The notes under the pieces: model-generated
Seen by the model: only the letters and a program-made list of their open reading frames with translations
What the model was told of the DNA's origin: nothing
The model's database searches: none
Made by a program: the position numbers and the translations under genes
NCBI GenBank assembly: GCA_040954595.2
Contig: CM082592.2
Coordinates: forward strand, 7,241,677 to 7,305,676
Length of the DNA: 64,000 nucleotides
From: Balanoglossus misakiensis
Lineage: Eukaryota > Animalia > Hemichordata
Direction: 5' to 3'
Shown: one piece after another, positions 53,816 through 64,000 of the stretch
Position numbering within the stretch: position 1 is the stretch's first letter
Layout of the letters: each line of letters begins with the position of its first letter

Positions 53816-55341
53816 GGTGTAGCCCGCTATATGGAAATAACCGCATTCCCGGGGAGCGGACTTTTTCAGTAGTGGGCATGCAGGTACTATGTGATTTGTG
53901 GCGTGTAAATTCTGTACTGTTTAGTTCATGAAGCATAGGTAGCTCGTTGCACAAAGGTAGTCAAAAAACTACTATGACCGATTCCAGTCAGTCTAATTTC
54001 CCCATGAATAAAACCCCAGGCCTTCTTCTCTATTACGATCAATGAATTCTCAGTGTGACTGAAAGGATGGCCCAGTAAAAGGGACGGCAAATGTGTTTCG
54101 TGTACACTGAAGGGAGATTGGAACAAACGCCGCGAACAAGGTATAGGTTGGGACAAAAGACGGACAAAGGCTTTCTTTTTATTACTCCCAACATGACAGA
54201 GAACTCGCTTGTTTTGCGAGGTCGTCGAGACCAGGTACAGCAAGAGAGTGCAAATCTTCTCGCAGAGCACACATTGTAACGTAGATTCCAAAACAACGCC
54301 TTGCATAATAATCATGGAATACCAAGGTACCAACACCTTACAAAGTGTATATGTAAAGTTTTTTTTCCTGCTGTATAAAGATACGACTACGGATTAAACT
54401 TTATCGATCAATTTTACAGTGTACACATGCAAGCACACCCATTTATGGGCTCAGCACATACTAGTAGCTTCAGATGCCCTGTATTTGCATACATATCCTG
54501 GAAGGGGGGGGGGACGGGGGATGTGCAGATTTGGCCGTAAGCTTTCGATTGCGTCATAGCCAACGATATGCCACGCGCCTTTTTTAAACAACTTCGCAAA
54601 GTTGCAGGGAATTCATTTTGTCCAAAATGGAAGCTCACCGTAGGTAGGCCGAAAGGATGGGTTTTCATACAGAATACTGTAGGTTTACGCGTGAGCGCAC
54701 ATTTTGTCTCGACGCCCATCTGAGTGTTATGCGGATCAACGATGAAGTTCAAGCGGTGCAATGCAAAGAAACGGGGGCACTAGGTCACGAGTGTCGCCAA
54801 AGCAGTCACACACAGTCTGGCCTGTTCACAAATCAGAACACACTGAGGTGGGGCCAGTGACCAATCGGCGAGGAGTTAGCAAACCGATAACCAATCACAG
54901 CAGTAGGCCTATCGAAAGTTTTGATCGACCTTTCGAAGCTGATGCCAATCATTGGCGAATATAAAAAAACACCCGTGGACTACCAAATCAAGTCGCAGGG
55001 GACATAAAATCGGGCTGTAGCTGGTCTTGATGCCAAAAAATCAAATAACTCATTTCTAAATTGTAAAAAAAAAACTACATGCAAAGTTTACATCAAGCTA
55101 CGAGTTTTGAATGCTCTGCCTGTCGCGGTGACCAAGAACCGCAGCGAGCCGATTCACATATACGGTATCACTCCTCCATACTCAATGCACTGGTCCGTCC
55201 ACCCCTTCTAGACCAATGTCCCGGTCCACTCAAAACAGGTATTAAAAAGAACGTGTGCATTGATTTTTCCCCCACATTGATTTGTGTCGCGAGGGTTGAA
55301 CCGAGGTATTGTCTGTCTCTGAGTTTCGGTCGGCGAACAAA

Positions 55342-58300
55342 ATGGTGAAGCTTCAGCTACTCTTGCTTTCTAATCTTGTCTTGGTGAGCTTGCCAAGCCT
55401 GGTCTCAAGCGCAGGTAAAACTTTTTATTCTCTCCGCCCTTTCTCTCTGCCATCCTCCCGATGGTCGAGTCGTGACAATTTGATGCAGTAAAAATAATGG
55501 TCGAGTTTTTATCGACCGACCTTGATTGTTAGCAGTCGCAGTGGCTGGAAAGGATTGCTCCACTGGCAGAAGAGAAAAAAAACCGAGCCCATTGTCATGT
55601 CGAGGCACCGCTTTTGCGAACCGGAACCAAGTCTTTCAAACACGCGACTCATTACAATAGTATTGAATGCCAAGTTTTCTTCTGAAGGAAAGAATTAATC
55701 CCAAGGTATCGCGTCCGCTCCGCGCCACCGACAAAGTAGAACGTGTATCTAAACCGCACCGCGGATTTGACTATAGAGTGGTGTGTCTGTCAGACTTTTT
55801 TAGACTTACTTTGAGACTGGTTAAAATGGAGGGCATGGCTGGCGCGGATTGAACAGTGCGGTAACATTGGCACTGTGAGGAATTTGCAATGCACAAAAAA
55901 GTGTTTACGAATTGTCGAAACATTCGCGTCCTGTTTTTGTTTTTTATTACTATACCAAGAAAGCACATTTCAACTCCCCGGCAGTGGTTCACTTCGGTCA
56001 CTTCGATTGAGGACGTATTATGAACAGGTCCTGACCGTCGCACCCCTCATTCAAAGAACGTCGATCACAATGACACAGGAAACAAATGACAATGTTGCGG
56101 ATTTTATTAGGGTGCAACGACACGAAAGCCCGCAAGTCCGGCAACGTGAATAACAACCGTTGCCGCCGGTCGACTGGAAAGGGTCGCTGTATGGTGTTGG
56201 GGGTTCTCCTGATTTTTTTTTCGCACGTAAAAACCCGTTCCTATATACATCTTCATCACTAATTAACAACATTCTGGGATCCCTAAACCAACTTTGTGAT
56301 GACTTTGTAGCCAATATTTACATCTAAATATTAAATGACGATCACCATTGATAAAATTATGCTTTGCCCAAAGAGATGAAATGACAATTCCCAATACTAT
56401 CATGCAGTGGAACTTTACCTGTGAAAGGGATGGGAGGGGGGGGGGTGTAAATTGTAGGGGGTCGACCCACCCACTTTCGTTAACGGCAACCTATACATGT
56501 AACATATTAATTTTTTTCTCTCTTTTTCTTCACTAGGTAGCTTCAGCTGGGGCTATGCACCCGACAATGGTAAGTACCCTTCCAGTCCGAAATCCGAAAA
56601 GGGCGTGGCAGGCTAAATTAGAATATCATTTGCGAGAAGGCAATGACTTCTGGTCACAAAGGGTTGTTTGTGAATGCCGAGATTGCGTCATAATTTCTGA
56701 ACCACGGAGGGCAATGACTGCTACTGCTTTGGTTGTTATGTAATCATAGACAGTAGAGGGGAAGGTCTGTGGTGTAATGACCGTTGGAGGCCGGGGAGAC
56801 ATCTGACGCTGGTATTAGCCGGGCATTGGGAAAAGCTTGATTGCCCAGTTCTGATTAATGGAAACGGTGATAGTTTACAGAACCCAACTCGACAAAAAGG
56901 GATGATAAACTCAGAATTTATACGAAAAAAAAAAACCCGAGTTCAGCCCGCACTCGCGAGCATGCACACAAAACCAATTAACGTTGTCAGCACAACTTCA
57001 ACAAAAAAGAAAACTTTCTTTCCTGTAACGCGATAATTTTTATATTATTACAATTTTGTTTCCTGCTGTAATCATAATTGACTGCGATTAGATGATTGAA
57101 ATTAGGTTTGAATTTTAAATGTTTTACCTCAGTGATCTCGCAGGATTTTCTTTCAAGTGGAAGAAAAAAAAAACAGGTTCAGGGTGAAGGTTGCATACAT
57201 GAGGGAAGGTCGTGATACAAACAATGGTCCTTTCCCTTTATTGGGGTCACTTGTGATTTGACCGGACACTCGACACGATTCTGAGGTCCATTGATTTGCA
57301 CCCCCTCCCTCCTGAAAAGAAAGGGTGTACCCTTTCTTAACAGTAAACAAAGATCCTATGCAGTGGCTTCAATTCTACGCCGACCGCTCCCGTTTTGATT
57401 AATCGCGAGCAGGCAGTGTTGTCATCTGTCCGCAAGCCGTACCCAATGACCAGGCAACCAAAGCAGTCAGTCAACAACAACATCGCCTAAGATTTAAAAA
57501 CAACAACATCTTTCACTTTCCACGTCTAAACCTCGGGTCTACCTGTTCCGTCCCCGCTCCCACTCGCATCTGGTGATATAATAAACCGTACTGCACCAAC
57601 TGAGTGTTGAATATCGACACATTTGATGTTTCACAACGAAAACACGTACTTCTGTAATCCCTACCCTGTTCATCCTCCCTCCCCCCCCTTTTCCCGGGGT
57701 CACCTGATTTTACCCAACCCCCTGGTAGATGAATTGCTTGACGTCACTCGCTCCATCTGACCAGGTCCTTAATTAATCGGGGTCGATTGGAAGAATCGCC
57801 GGGCCCCGTGAGCTTTGGCCCCTCCCATTCTGTATCCGGCTACGTTGACGTTAAGCGATAATCTTTTTACCCTAGATGGTTCCCGCTCCGTGACACGGAC
57901 GTCGATATAGATCACGCAAGCGTGGATGTAACACTGCTGTAGTTAATTGATCACCGTGTTTGTAATACACCCCTCCTAAATTACAAATGCGCGCGTTAAA
58001 ATTTTACGCTCGATACTTGGCGAGTTATGAAGTAATTGGCTGTCATGTCACGCAACTAGTTCGGTACAGAATCTACTCGAATTTATCTGCCCTGGGTTTA
58101 CATCTTTTCATGTATTGGTGTGTTTTGTATTGCGCCCATCCCCTCTACTTTTGTCCGAACATAATAGCATTGATGTAAGAAATTCTAGTCGAGCAAAGCA
58201 ACTATACATCGCCTTGGTCGCTTGAGGCGACCGCTCTTAATGATACACTTCGCAAACCGCACATCATACGGTCACCCATAGCCAGATGCCATGAAAAGTT

Positions 58301-61300
58301 GAGATCTACCTGAACCAATCACTTGTTTTGGCTATGTGGTATATGCTAATCACGTATACAGCATGGGTGATTGTATTATTATTCATGTTACACGTGGCAC
58401 GGACGGAGGCCACCAATCATGACGCGGGGATTGGTTTAAATTTCACCTATAAGCAGACCATTCGAAAACACCATTCGAAAGGGATCATGGTTTGGGGCAA
58501 CGAAACCGCTCTAAACTGGCTCAGTTTGTAAACAAGACGTCGTTCAATACGTGACGGTAATACGACTTTCAGGTGAAGTTTGCCACGTTGTGCTGACTGT
58601 TGACGCGCTAAAAAGTCTGCTCCGCTCATGCGTTACTGGTGTACATTGTATATCGCACAACTACCTCAATTTATATAATTCCTATTTCGGTACCACGGTC
58701 CGGAGTTCGATAAACTTTATAAACCCCCCGCGGTTTACATTTTCTACATGGTCGGCACTTCCCAGCAACGGCAGCCTGTAACAATACCCGTAACCATTGT
58801 CACTTTTTTCTCACCGACCCGCGAGAATGTATGCCTTTTATTTCCGCCGTCAAAAGCAGCCACAGTCCATCCTGTCTGTTCACGACATGCTCATTAGAAC
58901 CAGCGGACATGAACAAAAAGACTCGTACGCCTTTGTGCATTGGGTGTCACGCATATACCGGCGCTTAGTACACTGACCGACCCCAAGACACCTGGAGTTT
59001 CACCTGAATATAATAACCAACATTCGAAGCAAAGTACACAAACAAAATTCGATTTCTAAAGTTAAATGCCTATTTGGATTTTAATGGAATGTGTTGCGCT
59101 GACTTCTACTGTATCTTCGCGGGACTTTGCCGGCATGATTAATAAAGTTGCTTCAAGTGATGTCCACAGGACTGTCTTTGGCAGAGTAAGCGTCCTTTCT
59201 TCCCAAAATGTATATACTGGTATACATAGTTTTGCTGGTGTTTAAAGGACAACGATCGTCTTATGCGCATGTCCCAAACCAGAGACTCTGGTTGCAAAAT
59301 TTGTATATTTAACATTTTCCTCTGCACATTCACTTCGACAGGACCAAGTGTCTGGCCTGACGAGTATGCTGACTGTGGTGGGCAGAGCAATTCACCCATC
59401 GATATCTTGGACAGCGACACCGAGGGCAAAGCACTGGGAAGCCTCGAGTTCACTGGATATGGGACGCCCCCAGCCGGTGCTTCGATGACCGTGAAGAACA
59501 ATGGGCACACGGGTAAGAACCAATGCACAGTGTGTACTACAGTAATATAGGTGACCGTCGCCACAGGGGAGGGGGGACCTTTTCGGTTTAACCCTTTCGC
59601 CACCATGTTTTTGTCCGAATCCATTTAGAGGAAGTTTCACCATAGTCTCTTAAATGTTGCATAGAGTTGAATCAATTCATTGATTGTTATACCTTGTGCT
59701 TTTCAGTTCAGGTTGATGTGGCCGACGGATACTCTGTCAACGGTGGCGGTTTGCCCGCTGAATATAAACTGGCACAATTCCATTGGCATTGGGGAAACAC
59801 CAGCGACGAAGGGTCAGAACACACACTGAATAGCGAGTCATATGCCGCAGAGGTAGGAAGTGATGGTTGAATGAATGAATGAATGAATGAATGAATGAAT
59901 GAATGAATGAATGAATGAATGAATGAATGAATGAATGAATGAATGAATGAATGAATGTTCGTTCGAATGGGAGTAGGAATATGCAAAAGGGAACTTTTTT
60001 ATCAAAACCCCGTCCCTGAGCCATACTATGTCTTAACGTCTTCTGCCTTGTTTGGTCTAATACTTTAACGATTTTCATTTTTGTTCGTTATAGTTTCACT
60101 TCGTACATTTTGATAATGGGAGATTTGCTGACCTTAGCGCAGCCGTGGATCAGGATCAAGGCTTAGCAGTTGTTGGAATATTCATGGAGGTAAATAGTAA
60201 TACATATAGTCTAATACACGTGTTTCCAGAATTATACTAAAGTGCGTGCGTGTTTAACTATAAACATTGATTCCAAAGTTTGGTGTCGACCAAGGCAAAT
60301 TATGAGATCTGTCGCCTGGGCGATTTGTGTTTCTAGAATGGCAATCATCCAGAAAAGGGTTTTGTTTTACAAAGCTGGAGTACGGCTACAACTCGGGGAG
60401 AAATCTTCAGACGATTGCTGTTCAAAGGAAACGGAAAGTTCCGCCATTCGTTCTCGATGATGTAGTCCGTACTTTATACCTAACGCGAACCACTGGACAT
60501 GACAAACATTTGCTGCATGTCCTTAGGGGGAGCATGAGTTAATTAACGTCTTCTGTGACTTTCCCCACACACAGCTTAGCGCAAGCGACAACGCAGCAAT
60601 TGACCCCGTGATCGATGCCCTGGTAAACGTATCGTATAAAGGTAAAGTTGCACCATTAATATTATTGTTTGCAACGCATTTTCCCGAATGTGTCGTTCTA
60701 CATAGGAATGTTGGTACGGGGTGCCGTTTGTCACGACTCGTGCAAGACCTATACGTAAGAGTTGACGCCCATTCTTTTAACATGATTAATAAGTGGAATG
60801 AAAGACGGTGTAAGAGGGGGAAATGACACACTGGAATAGGTCAATCAAAAGTTAGGCTAAAACTCATTATTACATTCATTAATCGTTCACGGTTGGATTT
60901 TAACCTATTGAATGTTTTTTTTCTCGTGTTTTAGACGAAACGTACGCTCTTCCGTCTGTATTTGCCCTTGACACGTTGTTCCCGGACAACGTAGACGAGT
61001 ATTATCGTTATGAGGGTGGTCTGACGTCGCCCCCTTGTTATGAATCCGTTGTGTGGACCGTGATGAAAAACCCAGTGACGATTTCAGAGCGACAGGTACG
61101 TTGTGGGCGCTATAGATAACACTAGACCCGCAAAATTGTCATCCAACCTTTTGGCCACTTGTGGTCCAGCACACTTTTGATGAGGGGAATCCCACAATAA
61201 CTTTATGACGCTGCATACCATGGGGGGGGGGGGGGGGGGCAAAGCACCAATTCCAGAAAAATAACAGTGTTAAAATTACAGTGATTCTGCTGAGTTATTG

Positions 61301-61541
61301 GGTAATGGGTTAACAAGCAATCATTCTGTTCTCTCGACAGCTCGACAGATTAAGGACGCTCAGAGAAAATGCGGAGGGCGAGACAGAAGTTTTCATGGTA
61401 CAGAACTTCCGCCCACCCCAGGCCCTCAACGGACGAGTAGTGTACATGAACGATATGTCCGTCGACGACGCCGCCGTCTCTATACAGCCATTCTTGACCA
61501 TGTTGGGACTGTCTTTGATTGCCGCCATTCTTTCGTCATAA
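55342..61541 (+). CDS. Secreted, probably GPI-anchored alpha-carbonic anhydrase, CA4/12/14-like (exons 55342-55414, 56537-56569, 59342-59512, 59707-59852, 60094-60189, 60575-60641, 60935-61095, 61341-61541)
   Basis: Signal peptide, then WGY..GP..W..CGG..NSPIDI, NNGHT (proton-shuttle His), QFHWHWG..GSEH..EFHFVH (three Zn-ligand His), GLAVVG, YYRYEGGLTSPPCYESVVWTV, QNFRPPQALNGR; hydrophobic C-terminus with no cytosolic tail. Confidence 0.95.
59869..59956. repeat. (GAAT)22 microsatellite in a carbonic anhydrase intron
   Basis: Perfect tetranucleotide run. Confidence 0.97.
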
Positions 61542-62589
61542 AGGGTTTATCTAGGGCACAAATTTCACGTGATTTTTGTCTTGTTCCTTTTTCTTATGTA
61601 TTTCATTATTATAGGCCTATATTCATGGTTGGGAGATGTATATATTTAATATCATTTTGCTATTTGATGTAACTCAACGCAAGAATTTTAGGAGACGCTC
61701 TTTTGAGCGGATTTAGCTTGTGGAAGGAAGCGTATGCGCACAATAACCGCTATGACGAGGCAAGGCGATCCAGCGGCTGTAGATAAATGAAGAATTTGCT
61801 CGCACCAGCGATTTGTAGAAACCATAAAAAGTAGTAAAATCGCAATGCTTTGTCTATCAGAGATGTTTTAGCGATTCTTGAAATCGCTATATTTAATTGT
61901 AGGAGACCCGTATCAATTAATATGCCACCTCGGCCTTCATGATCATTTATGCAAAACTTTGCCAGGTTATTTGCGTCCTGAAGAGGACAATAGTGAACTT
62001 GAGAAATGTGGTGCGTCGTTGATGCGACCAAAGTCGGAATGTTGCGGCAATAACGGGTATACACTTTTCAATTTCTTATCGCACTGTGTGACGACGACCA
62101 CAAACGTTCGTGTAACAGTTTGACAAGTTGCGGTGATTGCTAAGTGGTCGCTCGTTGAATTGAAGTTGCCTGCGACCTGACCACTGCAGGCGACTGACGT
62201 GTATTATACTATAGCCATTTTCTTGACGTTGTGGCACTAGAGTTTCAAATGATTTCCTATATTGTATATTCTCACCCCGACATGTTTTAGTGTTTTATAT
62301 GTGAGCAATAAAACGTGGTGAGTCAACTCATGCTGGCATCATTTGCGTGTTGTTGTGTGTGTGGGGGGGGGGTTGTTGGGTTGTATTAAAAAGGGGTATA
62401 TTTTTCACTAAGAAAAGTACGTTGCATATAAAATCTGACTTTCTCGAATCTGACTTTTTCTGTCATTCTCAAAACGTTTATAGTTCCAGTACGTCCTTTT
62501 CGCAAAGTTCTGTTGCATTGCGCCCTCATGCGAGCGCCGTCTCGAAAATGAAAACGAGGCTACACATTCCTCGGAAGCTCAAAACCAAA

Positions 62590-63642
62590 ATGGCAGACGA
62601 AGCATTAGCTAAGGCAGGGTTACATTTCGATGAATTGAACAAAGTACGAGTTCTCGAGCCAGAAATTAATGGACAGACGACAGAGCTCAAAGAGGAGTGC
62701 AAGGAGTTCGTAGACAGTAAGTGTTAATGGTTGGACAAGTTTCTCTGTCGAGAAAGATTCCATTGACAATGTTGTTGACATTTGTTTATTTGGATGCTAG
62801 TTACACCACATAACCACCGGTGAGTTTGAAATGAATTGTGTCCATTGACAGACACTTTCTTCATACTCAACAGAAATTGCCGAATTTCAGAAGATCGTGG
62901 GAAGTTTTATAGATGTTGTTGACAAGGTGTCTAAAGAAGTGGAGAGAGAAAAAATGAAGGTAATCGTGAGGTTCATGTTCAAGATTTTTTACCATTGGTA
63001 AACTGTTCACCATATACAGAGATGTACATGTATCCCATGTGAGTTAATATGAGTATGTAATTGTGTAAACAGAAAAATTTGGCAACAGTCGCATCGTAAA
63101 AGTAGAAAATCAATGCCATTGCTTTTATGTTGACAGGCTATTGGATCCAGAAATTTACTAAAATCAATCGCCAAGCAGAGGGAGGCACAGCAGCAACAAC
63201 TGCAAGCTCTCATAGCAGAAAAGAAAACACAGCAAGAAAGGTAACTTTTGGTTATTAACCCTTTCACCCCCAGTTCCCGCTTTAGAGGTCCAACTTTACC
63301 ATCGAAAAAAGTGGGTTTGGACTGAACCATGGTGATGAAAGGGTTAAACTTGATTAGGTGGGCGATGGCCAACTTCGTTCCCCAACATGCACCAATCAGC
63401 TGTTGTGGTTCAAGTCACCTGACCGCAGTTTTAACTTTCAGAGATATTTAAATGTACATATTCAAATTGTGATGCCATTTATGGTATGTGCATACAGTGT
63501 AGACATTACAGGTCCGCGTATTTTCACAAAATATTAACTGATGTTCTCTGCGTTTTACAGATACAGAATGCAATACAATTCCTTGGTGAAAGAGGAAGCG
63601 GAACAGAGTGAATTTATCGAACAGTTTATTCTTCAAAAGTGA
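62590..63642 (+). CDS. IFT20: Intraflagellar transport protein 20 (exons 62590-62716, 62874-62959, 63137-63240, 63561-63642)
   Basis: [110 protein letters not shown] is a classic IFT20 sequence. Confidence 0.96.
63255..63347. mobile_element. TTAA-flanked MITE copy 4 (IFT20 intron), best-preserved ends
   Basis: TTAA-CCCTTTCA...TGAAAGGG-TTAA terminal inverted repeat; core AGAGGTCCAACTTTACCAT..TTTGGACTGAACCAT shared with the other copies. Confidence 0.75.
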
Positions 63643-64000
63643 AAAAACAAAGATGTCATCATATTGTCCGTCCTTTGGCCTTGTGTACAGTTTACCTTTG
63701 GGTCATTTCAGAAGTCAAGATTTGATGTACTTTTTCCTTTTTTGAACTTGTATATTTATGCATAATGTTGTATATAACCGGTAGAATAAAATGCAAAGAC
63801 ATAACTTTGACAGCTTCATGACTGTCACTACAGGTATTGTGTAACAGTTAGTGAAATAGCCGTCACCAAAAACTCTTTTCCAGTCAAGCGGCAGTTTTGT
63901 CCATGTGAATGTGTTCATTCACATTGATGAGGTGAACATTTTGTTTTTCTGGAAATTCAGTTGAACATCCCTGGGTAGCAAATATGCCTAGTACCATGAT

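Noticed and set aside
59708-60078. ORFs encoding HSFI repeats
   Set aside because: They are translations of the (GAAT)n microsatellite on the strand opposite carbonic anhydrase.

Overview
Intron-rich animal genomic DNA, not prokaryotic: GT-AG introns with polypyrimidine tracts, and a mosaic of CpG-poor and CpG-rich blocks. My guess is an invertebrate deuterostome (hemichordate-, echinoderm- or amphioxus-like); the sequence alone cannot fix the species. The ORF track misses most real genes because they are spliced, so I rebuilt gene models by hand with phase-consistent exons. In order: intronless BTB-BACK gene (-), BOLA2 (+), SEPT2-type septin (+), SLC27A/FATP acyl-CoA synthetase (-), an unrecognised secreted polyprotein precursor (+), RNF25 (-), a stand-alone PAW-domain gene (+), a GPI-anchored alpha-carbonic anhydrase (+) and IFT20 (+), plus several MITEs and tandem repeats. 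Three top candidates for novelty. (1) A 182-aa prepro-protein built from 10 small coding exons that would release three homologous 4-Cys (FOLN-like) peptides at KR/KRR sites. (2) A protein made of the NGLY1 mannose-binding PAW domain with no catalytic core, a charged tail and a C-terminal CaaX box (KKCTIL). (3) An RNF25 with a long tail carrying three PPGF (GYF-ligand-like) motifs. All family assignments are from recalled motifs; no database search was run.
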